DNA of 64,000 nt. Origin: Fidelibacterota bacterium. GTDB lineage: Bacteria; Fidelibacterota; Marinisomatia; Marinisomatales; Marinisomataceae. The notes under the pieces are model-generated. The model worked only from the letters and a program-made list of their open reading frames with translations, searched no databases and was not told where the DNA came from. The stretch spans positions 50,642 to 114,641 of the forward strand of contig JADHQL010000002.1 in NCBI GenBank assembly GCA_016777965.1, in the 5' to 3' direction. Below are positions 54,397 to 63,507 of this stretch, piece by piece. The position numbers and the translations under genes are program-made. Numbering within the stretch: the first letter of the stretch is position 1; the number at the start of each line of letters is the position of its first letter.

Positions 54397-55788
54397 TTGA
54401 TCTACTTCGTATTAGACAATAATTCCCTATCTGTATTTACTGAATCATCTACGAGGCAAAACTTATCTTTAGCATTTAAAGCTAAGCTCCACTCCAGCAT
54501 TACAAGTACAATAAATAATTCAAAAAAACTCAACTCTATCATTGCAAGAGCATTGGATGAAATTAGCGAGGAAATTAGTTTAGCAAACAACTTAGCTTCT
54601 ATTATTATTGATGATTCAATTCTTTCTCACTCAATAATAATTAAATCTAAAAAATATGATAATATTGATCAGCAAATCAGAGAAGAAAGTCAATTAAAAT
54701 GGGGAGATAAAGCTAGTAATTACTATTTTGTTTCAGAAGAAAAAAAGACTCCAAAAAACATATTTCATTCAGTTGCGATCCATCATTTTTTAAGGGAAAA
54801 AATAAAACTTAATTTTAATAATTTTGGGTTAAGTATAAGGTATATAGTTCCTTTATCATCCATTTTAACTGAAAGCTTAAAACCTTCACAATTTTCTGTG
54901 ATAAAAAATGGAAATAAATATCAATTTCTTGGTAATACTAGAAAAGGGTTTACATTTTTTAAATTGAACTTTTCTGGAGATAGAAAAGTTGAAGAAAAAG
55001 TAATTGGGTTGCTTGATATTCCAAATATTAAAAAATCTGATTTGGATAAAAAAAATCTCAAATTTATATTTTTTAATAAAACAAAAATTGTTGAATATTT
55101 AGCAAACTATATTTTTAATGATATCCCATTATTAAATTTTGCTGAATCTAGTAGTTTTCAAATTTTATCTGGAAAATTAAAAGTTAAAACTCATGCTTAT
55201 TCTCCATCAAGCGGAGAGTTCAAATATGATTCCCTTGTTAAAAATTTATCAGCAGGTTTTCTATCTATATTGTTCCTTTTGTTTGTAGTCTCAATGTTTT
55301 CAAATTATGATTTTTTAAATTTTGAAAACCCTTCAACCTTAAATGAAAAAAAAGAATCAGTTGATGAAATTATAGAAAAAAGATTTACTCCAAATACTTC
55401 AATGATAATGATTCAAAATTTATTAACTCTTGATGACAGATTTTCAGAAGTAACTAATTTTTTATTATTGGAAAATGAATTCATTATTAATGGTAATAAA
55501 ATGGAATACGATTTACCAAATTCATATCCTGTTTTTTCAGAAGATAGGGCAAATTTTAATGAATTATTAATTAGCTTATTTGAAATTGAAAATAACTTAA
55601 AATTCAAAGTTTTTGATTCAGAAGTTCATGATCAATCATTTCAAAATGTAGTTTTAAAGTTTAGTAATTTTGAAAATTCGTTAAATGCACTATCCATTTT
55701 GAGCAAATTTGAAAATATATCATTAAGGAAAGCGTTTCTTGAAGATGATTCAAATAGTGTGCATCTCTATATTTCAATTAAAAAATGA
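54397..55788 (+). CDS. bitopic membrane protein, unknown function (about 280-aa cytoplasmic, TM, about 160-aa external; PilM/GspL-like architecture, speculative)
   Basis: TTG start; there is no in-frame ATG near the 5' end. The single TM is LSAGFLSILFLLFVVSMF. The N-terminus IYFVLDNNSLSVF resembles the first strand of actin-like ATPase folds. Confidence 0.45.
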   Translation: MIYFVLDNNSLSVFTESSTRQNLSLAFKAKLHSSITSTINNSKKLNSIIARALDEISEEISLANNLASIIIDDSILSHSIIIKSKKYDNIDQQIREESQLKWGDKASNYYFVSEEKKTPKNIFHSVAIHHFLREKIKLNFNNFGLSIRYIVPLSSILTESLKPSQFSVIKNGNKYQFLGNTRKGFTFFKLNFSGDRKVEEKVIGLLDIPNIKKSDLDKKNLKFIFFNKTKIVEYLANYIFNDIPLLNFAESSSFQILSGKLKVKTHAYSPSSGEFKYDSLVKNLSAGFLSILFLLFVVSMFSNYDFLNFENPSTLNEKKESVDEIIEKRFTPNTSMIMIQNLLTLDDRFSEVTNFLLLENEFIINGNKMEYDLPNSYPVFSEDRANFNELLISLFEIENNLKFKVFDSEVHDQSFQNVVLKFSNFENSLNALSILSKFENISLRKAFLEDDSNSVHLYISIKK

Positions 55789-56294
55789 TGAAAATTAACT
55801 CTGGAATATTTAGAAATTCTAGCATTGAGATTTTAAAAAATTCTTCATTCAGACCAACTACTTCAATATGTCGAAAAAGTTTTTTTGATACTATTGGCTC
55901 GTTTAATGAGAAGTCTTTTTTGGATATATTTGCTGGTTCTGGAATTATTGGTTTTGAAGCAGCTAGTAGAGGAGCAAAAAATGTTACTTTTGTTGAAATC
56001 AATAAAAGATATTTAAATCAAATCATTTCCAACTCAAAAAATTTTGATTATGATCAATTCAATTTCATGGCAAGAGATGCATATAGATACATTAAAAAAT
56101 CAGAAAATTTTGATATAATCTTTGCTGACCCGCCTTATGAGCTTTATGATCTTGATATTTTTGTTGAAAATGCTCTTAAAAAGCTAAATAAGGGGGGCAT
56201 GTTAATAATTGAATGCTCATCAAAGGAAACGCTTGAAGGATTCGATAAAATTGCTAAATTCGGGGATACAAACTTACTCTATTGGAAAGTATGA
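55785..56294 (+). CDS. rsmD: 16S rRNA (guanine966-N2)-methyltransferase RsmD
   Basis: RPT......FD....., SAM motif LDIFAGSGIIGFEAASRGA, and the DPPY motif. Confidence 0.85.
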   Translation: MMKINSGIFRNSSIEILKNSSFRPTTSICRKSFFDTIGSFNEKSFLDIFAGSGIIGFEAASRGAKNVTFVEINKRYLNQIISNSKNFDYDQFNFMARDAYRYIKKSENFDIIFADPPYELYDLDIFVENALKKLNKGGMLIIECSSKETLEGFDKIAKFGDTNLLYWKV

Positions 56295-56776
56295 AAAAGA
56301 TAATATATCCAGGAACATTTGACCCAATTCATTATGGGCACATCGATATTGCAAGAAGAGCATCAAAATTGTTTGATGAAGTATACATGTGCGTATCTGA
56401 TAATCAGCATAAAAATCCACTTTTCTCACATGAAGAAAGAGTAGAGATGATTGAAGAATGCACGAGTGATCTTGAAAATGTTTCAGCATTCTCAAATCCC
56501 AATAATCTTGTAGTAAAGTTTGCACAAGAAAAAGGAGCTATTGCTATTATTCGTGGTTTAAGACATGTAAGTGACTTTGAATTAGAGTTCCAGATGGCTA
56601 ATGTTAATCATGGTATAAATTCTGAAGTTTCAACGATATTAATGGTTTCAAACGAGAAATTTCTTCACTTAAATTCCAGCATTATTAGAGAGTTGGCAGG
56701 ATACAATACAGATTTATCAAAATTTGTGCCAAAAAATGTTGAAAAAAGATTAATGGAAAAGCTTAAAGGAAAATAA
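56291..56776 (+). CDS. coaD: pantetheine-phosphate adenylyltransferase
   Basis: [16 protein letters not shown], and AIIRGLR..SDFE.E. ATGA overlap with rsmD; the track start 56282 is TTG. Confidence 0.93.
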   Translation: MKKIIYPGTFDPIHYGHIDIARRASKLFDEVYMCVSDNQHKNPLFSHEERVEMIEECTSDLENVSAFSNPNNLVVKFAQEKGAIAIIRGLRHVSDFELEFQMANVNHGINSEVSTILMVSNEKFLHLNSSIIRELAGYNTDLSKFVPKNVEKRLMEKLKGK

Positions 56777-58038
56777 TGGCGAATAAAATACAGATTAAAG
56801 ATGGAAAGTTAATTGTACCAGATCAACCAATAATACCATTTATTGAAGGCGACGGAATTGGACCTGAAATATGGGCAGCATCACAAAGAGTAATTGATGC
56901 AGCAGTTGAACATACATATCATGGAGCAAGAAAAATTGAGTGGTTAGAAGTTTTATGTGGAGAAAAATCATTTCATAAAAATGGAGAATGGCTTCCTGAG
57001 GAAACTTTAGAAACTTTAAGATCTCACTTGGTTGGAATTAAAGGTCCACTAACTACCCCAATTGGTGGTGGAATTCGTTCTTTAAATGTAGCCTTGAGAA
57101 AAGAATTAGACTTGTATGCATGTGTAAGGCCAGTTAGATGGTTTAGAGGGACGCCTGCAGCTATTTTAAATCCTCAAAGAGTAGATTTTGTATTATTTAG
57201 AGAGAATACGGAAGATGTATATGCTGGTATTGAATTTGAAAATGGTTCAGATGAAGCAGGAAAAATAATTGAATTAATGACTGAATTTGGTCAAGCAAAA
57301 AAAATTAGATTCCCTGAATCAAGCTCTTTTGGACTAAAGCCAATTTCTAAAGAAGGCTCTATTAGATTGTTTGACGCAGCTCTTAATTATGCTATTGATA
57401 ATAACCGAAAATCAGTTACCATAGTTCATAAAGGCAATATTATGAAGTTTACTGAAGGTTATTTTAAAAAGTGGTCTTATGCTCATGCAGAAGAACATTA
57501 TGGAGATAAAGTATTTACATGGTCACAATATGACAGAATACAAGAAGAAAAAGGTACTGAAGCAGCAAATACTGCTCAGGAAAAAGCTATTTTTGATGGT
57601 AAAATTATCATTAAAGATGTTATTGCAGATGCCTTTCTTCAACAAATTTTACTTAGACCAAATGAATATGATGTAATTGCTACCATGAATCTTAATGGAG
57701 ATTATTTATCAGATTCAGCTGCAGCTGCAGTTGGAGGTATCGGTATTGCTCCAGGAGCAAATATTAATTATAAATCAGGAAACGCCATTTTTGAAGCAAC
57801 TCATGGAACCGCACCAAAATATGCCGGGCAAGACAAGGTAAACCCATCCTCAGTAATTCTTTCAGCTGTAATGATGTTGAACTACATGGGTTGGAAAGAA
57901 GCTGCTAATTCCATTGAATACGCTTTAGAGAAAGCAATTTTTAATAAAAAAGTCACATATGATTTTCATCGTTTAATGGACAATGCTACTTTATTAAAGT
58001 GTTCTGAGTTTGGTGATGAGATTATCAGCAAATTATAA
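56776..58038 (+). CDS. icd: isocitrate dehydrogenase (NADP-dependent, homodimeric type)
   Basis: [32 protein letters not shown] and [10 protein letters not shown] motifs. Confidence 0.95.
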   Translation: MANKIQIKDGKLIVPDQPIIPFIEGDGIGPEIWAASQRVIDAAVEHTYHGARKIEWLEVLCGEKSFHKNGEWLPEETLETLRSHLVGIKGPLTTPIGGGIRSLNVALRKELDLYACVRPVRWFRGTPAAILNPQRVDFVLFRENTEDVYAGIEFENGSDEAGKIIELMTEFGQAKKIRFPESSSFGLKPISKEGSIRLFDAALNYAIDNNRKSVTIVHKGNIMKFTEGYFKKWSYAHAEEHYGDKVFTWSQYDRIQEEKGTEAANTAQEKAIFDGKIIIKDVIADAFLQQILLRPNEYDVIATMNLNGDYLSDSAAAAVGGIGIAPGANINYKSGNAIFEATHGTAPKYAGQDKVNPSSVILSAVMMLNYMGWKEAANSIEYALEKAIFNKKVTYDFHRLMDNATLLKCSEFGDEIISKL

Positions 58039-58044
58039 TAAACT

Positions 58045-59019
58045 ATGTTTATCGATAATGCAAAAATTGAGTTGCAAGCTGGAAATGGTGGCAATGGCGC
58101 AGTTGCGTTTCGTCGAGAAAAATACATAGATAAAGGCGGTCCCAACGGTGGAGATGGTGGTCGAGGTGGAAATATTATTTTTGAGACCAATCCCAACCTT
58201 CATACTTTACAAGATATCCGATACAAAAAGATATATAAGGCAAAAAATGGTCAAGCTGGAGGATCTAATAATCGAACAGGAAAGTCAGGAGAGGATTTAA
58301 TCATTCAGGTTCCCTGCGGTACCATTATTAAAAATCTTGAAAACCAAACTATTATCAAAGATTTAATTGAAGAAAATGAATCGCACATAATTTGCAATGG
58401 AGGAATCGGGGGAAAAGGAAATGTGCATTTTAAGTCTGCAACACGACAAACTCCAAGATTTTCTCAAGAAGGAACAAAAGGGGAGTTTTTATCAGTTGAG
58501 CTTGAATTAAAAGTTTTAGCTGATGTGGGGTTGGTTGGATTACCGAATGCTGGAAAATCAACGCTATTGTCTGTAATGACTACAGCAAAACCAAAAATTG
58601 CAGATTATCCATTTACCACATTACAACCTCATTTAGGTATAGTAAAGTATGGAGAATATCAATCCTTTGTAATGGCTGATATACCTGGTTTAATTGAAGG
58701 AGCAAGCGAGGGAAAAGGATTGGGGCATCAATTTTTAAAGCATATTGAAAGAAACAAAATTTTACTTTTTATGATTGATATTGAAGAGCAAAACCCTATT
58801 GATGTTTACAATCAATTGATGGACGAGCTTGTTGGTTTTAACAAAGACTTGCTTGATAAAGATAGATTAATTGTTAGAACCAAGATTGATACTGCATCAG
58901 AGGATGTAGATGAAAGATGGAGTTCTTTCCCAGAAGATTTCATTGATATTTCATCTGCATCAAATCAAGGTTTAAACACTTTAAAAGATAAGCTTGTATC
59001 TTTTCTATCGGCTTCATAG
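58045..59019 (+). CDS. obg: GTPase Obg (short form without C-terminal extension)
   Basis: Obg fold MFIDNAKI...GNGGNGAVAFRREKY...GGPNGGDGGRGG. G1 motif GLPNAGKST and G3 motif DIPGLIEGA. Confidence 0.95.
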   Translation: MFIDNAKIELQAGNGGNGAVAFRREKYIDKGGPNGGDGGRGGNIIFETNPNLHTLQDIRYKKIYKAKNGQAGGSNNRTGKSGEDLIIQVPCGTIIKNLENQTIIKDLIEENESHIICNGGIGGKGNVHFKSATRQTPRFSQEGTKGEFLSVELELKVLADVGLVGLPNAGKSTLLSVMTTAKPKIADYPFTTLQPHLGIVKYGEYQSFVMADIPGLIEGASEGKGLGHQFLKHIERNKILLFMIDIEEQNPIDVYNQLMDELVGFNKDLLDKDRLIVRTKIDTASEDVDERWSSFPEDFIDISSASNQGLNTLKDKLVSFLSAS

Positions 59020-59045
59020 TATTGCTGATGTAAATTTAAAGACTT

Positions 59046-59132
59046 GGAGAGGTGGCTGAGTGGCTGAAAGCGGCACCCTGCTAAGGTGTTATACTCGTAA
59101 GGGTATCGAGGGTTCGAATCCCTCTCTCTCCG
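59046..59132 (+). tRNA. tRNA-Ser (anticodon GCU)
   Basis: Hand-folded with acceptor GGAGAGG/TCTCTCC, anticodon loop CTGCTAA, a long variable arm and T-loop TTCGAAT. 87 nt. Confidence 0.88.
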
Positions 59133-59135
59133 CAT

Positions 59136-59390
59136 ATGAATTTTTCTATTAAAAAAAGTTTAATTTTTATTCTATCCATTCCATTCCTACTTTTAATTTT
59201 GGTGATTGGAGCTCCGTTTAGAATATTTAGCAAACTACCTCCAATCACTAGATCTGTAATTCACAGCCCCTATAGTTTTTGTGTGGAAACATTAAGTCTA
59301 ATTGAATCTAAAATTGATTTAATTTTTAACTTCATGGCAGCTTTATTCATTCTTATCTCAGTTTTTTATATTTTTCACCTCATATTTTAA
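59136..59390 (+). CDS. small two-TM membrane protein, unknown function
   Basis: 84-aa hydrophobic ORF starting 4 nt after tRNA-Ser. No motif, so it could be spurious. Confidence 0.3.
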   Translation: MNFSIKKSLIFILSIPFLLLILVIGAPFRIFSKLPPITRSVIHSPYSFCVETLSLIESKIDLIFNFMAALFILISVFYIFHLIF

Positions 59391-59401
59391 AAGGAGTTAT
59401 A

Positions 59402-59953
59402 TTGGCATTAACATATTCTTCAATGCTTGCATTAGATTCAAAAATCCCTCATTTTGAGCTTAAAAATGTGTTAGATGGTAATATGTATGCTTCATCATCT
59501 CTTTCAAACGATAAGCCCTCATTAATTATGGTAATTTGCAATCATTGTCCTTATGTCATTCATTATCATGAAGAGTTGAAAGAAATGAATAGTGATTTTG
59601 GAGATAAAATCGATTTTGTAGCAATTAGTTCAAATGATATAATTAATTATCCCCAAGATGGACCAGAACAAATGAAAGAACTTTTTTTAAAACTCGGTTT
59701 ATCCTTTCCATACCTATTTGATGAAACGCAAGATATTGCAAAAGCTTTAAAGGCAGAATGTACTCCAGAATTTTATCTTTATGATAATAATGATAAGTTA
59801 GTTTACAGAGGTAGAATGGATAATTCATCTCCAGGTAATGATATCGAAATTTCTGGCAATGATTTAAGAGAAGCTTGTTCAAACCTATTAAATGGAAGCA
59901 CTATCTCTTCAGATCAATACCCTTCAATGGGTTGCAATATTAAGTGGAAATAA
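59402..59953 (+). CDS. thioredoxin-fold protein (AhpC/TSA-like, CxxC)
   Basis: The CNHCPYV redox motif follows a beta strand (PSLIMVI). FP.L.DE.Q..A.A......P.F.L resembles the peroxiredoxin/TlpA-like core. TTG start. Confidence 0.7.
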   Translation: MALTYSSMLALDSKIPHFELKNVLDGNMYASSSLSNDKPSLIMVICNHCPYVIHYHEELKEMNSDFGDKIDFVAISSNDIINYPQDGPEQMKELFLKLGLSFPYLFDETQDIAKALKAECTPEFYLYDNNDKLVYRGRMDNSSPGNDIEISGNDLREACSNLLNGSTISSDQYPSMGCNIKWK

Positions 59954-59956
59954 TTC

Positions 59957-60070
59957 TTATTTAAATCTATCTATAATCGCTCTAATGATATCTCTAATAA
60001 TGATTAGAATGATTGATAGAATAAACAGACCAATTATTGCAATTAAAACTATTTCAAGACTTTCAAACAT
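59957..60070 (-). CDS. candidate 37-aa single-TM peptide translationally coupled to the amidase gene
   Basis: Hand translation of the minus strand gives MFESLEIVLIAIIGLFILSIILIIIRDIIRAIIDRFK*. Its ATG overlaps the amidase stop as TAATG. It is below the ORF-track size cutoff. Confidence 0.35.
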   Translation of the reverse strand: MFESLEIVLIAIIGLFILSIILIIIRDIIRAIIDRFK

Positions 60071-61464
60071 TATAGGTTTGGTGAAGGTTTAAATTGAATT
60101 AATTGTTCTGCTGCATAAGCAAACTCAATTAGTTTTTTATCATCCCATTTTGATCCAATAAATGACATGCCAATTGGTAGATTATCGACATATTCAAAAG
60201 GGATAGTTACATGAGGGTAACCTGCCATTGCTGCATAGCTTCCATTTACCCAAAATTTATATTCAGCAATCGCTTCATCATCACCACCATCATGGTTAAT
60301 TGCCCATGCAGGACTCCATGATAACCCAACCAAAGCTTCAATGTTATATTCCTCAATAAAGCTATCAATTTCATCTCTAGTTTGTAAAACACGCTCAAGA
60401 GCAATTAAGTATTCTTCTCTTTGTGAAGATGTTTCGTTGCTGTCATAAAAATGGCTTTGATCAAAGTGCTTTAGTACGTCATCTTTATTTTCTTCGTTAA
60501 AAGCAATTAATTCATCAAGAGTTTTAAATTCTGAATTTGAGCTTGCTAAATATTGCTCCAAACCAACTTTAAATTCATAAAGCAAGACAAGCAATTCTTC
60601 AGGACCTGGATATTCTCTTTTATCATCAATATCTACGACAACCGCACCAGCTTCTTCTAGCATCATTCTAATTTTCTTCAACATTAATTTTCCATCAGAA
60701 TTCATACTGCCTGTTGGTAAAAGTCCAAATCTTTTTCCAGCAAGGCTTGAATCATTTAAGTCAGCAGAAAAATTGAAATTAAAATCTTCAGGAATATTTA
60801 GAGTTGCTGGATCATTTGGATCAATACCAGCAATGACTTCTAATACTTTTGCTGCAGAAGTCACAGAATTAGCCATAGGTCCGGCAGTATCTTGCGTAGA
60901 AGATATCGGAATGATTCCTGTTCTGCTTACAAGTCCAACTGTTGGCTTTATACCAACAATACCATTGACAGAAGAAGGGCAGCTTACAGAACCATTAGTT
61001 TCAGTACCAATTGCAACATCAACTAGTCCAGTAGCAACTACAACCCCTGAACCGGAACTAGAACCACAAGGAGTACGCATTTCTCCATATGGGTTGATAG
61101 TTTGGCCTCCCATACTAGACCATCCGCTCGTTGAGGAAGAAGAGCGAAAATTAGCCCATTCTGAAAGATTAGTTTTTCCAATAACGAAATAGCCGTTATC
61201 AATTAATTTTTGAGCCAAAAAAGCATTTTTTTCAGGAAAATTATTTTGTAATGCCATTGATCCAGCAGTGTTAGCAAAACCTACAACATCTATATTATCT
61301 TTTACAGCAATAGGTTTTAAGCCTTTCTTTAAATTTTCTTCAATTTGCTCATTAGATAATTTGCTAATATAAATATTATATTTTTGTTCAATATCTATAT
61401 TTTCACTTGATTTAGAGCATCCACAGATGAAAAGAATTACCAAAATAAATATAAAATTTCTCAT
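60070..61464 (-). CDS. amidase-signature (AS) family amidase, lipoprotein
   Basis: The Gly/Ser-rich AS motif GGQTINPYG....PCGSSSGSGVVVATG...AIGTETNGS. Lipobox LFICGCS after the Met at 61464; the track start at 61503 is upstream. Confidence 0.88.
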   Translation of the reverse strand: MRNFIFILVILFICGCSKSSENIDIEQKYNIYISKLSNEQIEENLKKGLKPIAVKDNIDVVGFANTAGSMALQNNFPEKNAFLAQKLIDNGYFVIGKTNLSEWANFRSSSSTSGWSSMGGQTINPYGEMRTPCGSSSGSGVVVATGLVDVAIGTETNGSVSCPSSVNGIVGIKPTVGLVSRTGIIPISSTQDTAGPMANSVTSAAKVLEVIAGIDPNDPATLNIPEDFNFNFSADLNDSSLAGKRFGLLPTGSMNSDGKLMLKKIRMMLEEAGAVVVDIDDKREYPGPEELLVLLYEFKVGLEQYLASSNSEFKTLDELIAFNEENKDDVLKHFDQSHFYDSNETSSQREEYLIALERVLQTRDEIDSFIEEYNIEALVGLSWSPAWAINHDGGDDEAIAEYKFWVNGSYAAMAGYPHVTIPFEYVDNLPIGMSFIGSKWDDKKLIEFAYAAEQLIQFKPSPNL

Positions 61465-61561
61465 TTTTAAAAAACTCCCTTTTTTGTAAAGTGTACTTGA
61501 CATTTTAATCAGTTTAGTTTACTATTATGTAATTTCTAATAAATGAAATTAAGGAGAAATA

Positions 61562-62005
61562 ATGACTAAAATAACACATAAAGGATTATGGTTTAAATAT
61601 TCTTCGTTAAACAAAGAAGATAAAAGCATCTTTAGAAAGATGACTGTTGTTGCACTAGTTTGTGGATTTTGTATCGGAATTGCTTCTGATAAATCAGATC
61701 TCATATTAATGTCTGAAATATTTCATCCTTGGCTTTTTTATATCATACCATTAGTAGCATTATTCTCTTTACCTCTTACTCTTAAATATTCTTTTGACTT
61801 ATATGTCAGACAAGATGAACTATTTAGAAAATATCATGATTTTTCTTTGATGTCTGGTTTTATGGGTTTTGCAGTTTTTGGCGTAATTTTACATTTCATA
61901 TCAGTTTATGCTGAAATTGATGTGCAATGGATAGATTATATGTTATGCTCTATTTTTGGAATGGTTATTGGTCAATTTTACTTTTTTAAAAAATTCTATG
62001 AATAA
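61562..62005 (+). CDS. four-TM membrane protein coupled to a small HTH regulator
   Basis: 147 aa and hydrophobic. The stop overlaps the HTH gene start (TAATG). This pairing is common for small YozG-type regulators. Confidence 0.5.
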   Translation: MTKITHKGLWFKYSSLNKEDKSIFRKMTVVALVCGFCIGIASDKSDLILMSEIFHPWLFYIIPLVALFSLPLTLKYSFDLYVRQDELFRKYHDFSLMSGFMGFAVFGVILHFISVYAEIDVQWIDYMLCSIFGMVIGQFYFFKKFYE

Positions 62006-62202
62006 TGAAAAACAATATTAAAAAACTAAGAGATGAATTGAAAATCAGTCAGAAGGATTTGGCTGAATCTTTGAACGTAAGTAGACAAACTATCAATGCA
62101 ATTGAAACTGGCAAGTTTGACCCGTCACTTACTCTGACAATCAAAATTACACGCTTTTTTAACAAGAGCTTAGAAGAAATATTTATTATGGAGAAACAGT
62201 AA
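62005..62202 (+). CDS. XRE-family helix-turn-helix transcriptional regulator (65 aa)
   Basis: IKKLRDELKISQKDLAESLNVSRQTINAIETGKFDPSL is a canonical HTH_3 pattern. Confidence 0.9.
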   Translation: MKNNIKKLRDELKISQKDLAESLNVSRQTINAIETGKFDPSLTLTIKITRFFNKSLEEIFIMEKQ

Positions 62203-62204
62203 AA

Positions 62205-62618
62205 ATGAAAAAATTAATTTTCCTTATTTGCCTTTCAGCAATTAGTTATGGACAGACTGTAACAAATGGCGGCTTTGAAACCAATGTTTTTAATAGAAAC
62301 ACCGGCGAAAGAGTCTATACTGAGTATTACGATGAAAATCAGGTAAGAATTAAAATGATTCGAACTGTAAAAGGGAGAATGAATCATGGACCGTATAAAG
62401 ATTTTTATGAAAGCGGAGCATTAAGAACAGAGGCAAATTATCGTAATGGAAAATTTGATGGTTTATATACTTTTTACCATGAAAATGGACAGATTTATGT
62501 ACAAGTTGATTATAAGCGAGGGAATTTAAATGGAGATGTATCGTTTTTTGACGATCAAGGCCAATTAATTGAGATGATTAAATACAAAAATGGTAAACCA
62601 GTTAACGGAGAAAAATAA
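62205..62618 (+). CDS. MORN-repeat-variant (YwqK-like) secreted protein
   Basis: Signal peptide. Repeats of the type G.YK.FYE.G.L..E..Y.NGK.DG....Y.ENGQ......Y..G..NG......D..GQ......YKNGK. Confidence 0.7.
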   Translation: MKKLIFLICLSAISYGQTVTNGGFETNVFNRNTGERVYTEYYDENQVRIKMIRTVKGRMNHGPYKDFYESGALRTEANYRNGKFDGLYTFYHENGQIYVQVDYKRGNLNGDVSFFDDQGQLIEMIKYKNGKPVNGEK

Positions 62619-62619
62619 A

Positions 62620-63507
62620 ATGGAATCAAGAATACAAAATGGATTTTTAAGAGCAATTATTTTTATGCCTTTATGGTTAATAACAATGGGAATAGTAGTA
62701 ACCATTGGCTCAATAATAGTTATGACAATTTCAGGAGTTGATATGGCTGATCAAGCAGCTGTCGAAGCTTTATTTGATGTAAGTTTTGATTCACCTGTAA
62801 TGTTAACCTTAACTGCTTTTCAAGTATTGGGAAGTTTTTGCGCTTTGTGGCTCGCAACAAAGTTTATTGATAGAAAACCTTTAATGTCTATTGGATTATC
62901 TGTAAAAGATAAAGCAAACGAAATGTTAGTCGGGTTAGGATTTGCATTAGCATTCATTGGAGGATTATTCCTTTTATTATGGCTTTTGGGTGCTATAACC
63001 ATCACAGGTTATGTTGGTTTTAAACCAGGAGTTTTCTTTGTTAGTATGATGTTATTTTTAGCAGCATTCGATGAAGAGCTTATTTTTAGAGGATATATTT
63101 TAAACAGCATGATGGATTCATCTAGTAGATGGGTTGCACTTGCTGGTTCTTCAGCACTATTTGCTCTGATGCATGCTGGAAATCCAAGTGTTTGGAGCAA
63201 TTGGGTACCAATGACTGAATTATTTGCTGCAGGATTCATTTTAGGTATAAGCTACACTTTTACTAAGAATTTATGGTTTCCGACATTTTTTCACTTTGGA
63301 TGGAATTTTTTCCAAGGACTATTCGGTTTTGAAATCAGTGGAATTAATGTTAATTCATGGAAGATGATTAGTCATGAGAATACAGGTAACGTTCCTGATA
63401 TTATTTCGGGTGGAGCGTTTGGTATTGAGGGCTCAGTAATTACTTTGTCATGTACCATCATTTGTACTTATTTTATCTATAAGTACTATAATGAACTCGA
63501 CAAATAA
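62620..63507 (+). CDS. CPBP-family intramembrane glutamic endopeptidase (CAAX protease/Abi domain)
   Basis: Polytopic protein with motif 1 EELIFRG, motif 2 FALMH, and a later FHFGWN. ATG 62620 is preferred over the track start 62590. Confidence 0.85.
   Translation: MESRIQNGFLRAIIFMPLWLITMGIVVTIGSIIVMTISGVDMADQAAVEALFDVSFDSPVMLTLTAFQVLGSFCALWLATKFIDRKPLMSIGLSVKDKANEMLVGLGFALAFIGGLFLLLWLLGAITITGYVGFKPGVFFVSMMLFLAAFDEELIFRGYILNSMMDSSSRWVALAGSSALFALMHAGNPSVWSNWVPMTELFAAGFILGISYTFTKNLWFPTFFHFGWNFFQGLFGFEISGINVNSWKMISHENTGNVPDIISGGAFGIEGSVITLSCTIICTYFIYKYYNELDK

Noticed and set aside
59892-60092. 66-aa plus-strand ORF spanning the convergent gap after the thioredoxin-fold gene
   Set aside because: It overlaps the 3' end of the 59402-59953 CDS in another frame and has no start context. 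The minus-strand 37-codon ORF, coupled to the amidase stop, explains the same DNA better, though it is also unproven.
60773-61192. 139-aa plus-strand ORF inside the amidase gene, with similar antisense ORFs at 9266-9601, 19155-19511, 50097-50459, 32610-32924 and 63009-63239
   Set aside because: All of them lie antisense within confidently identified genes (amidase, aroC, aminotransferase, CaCA antiporter, mreB, CPBP protease). None has a motif or a plausible start context.
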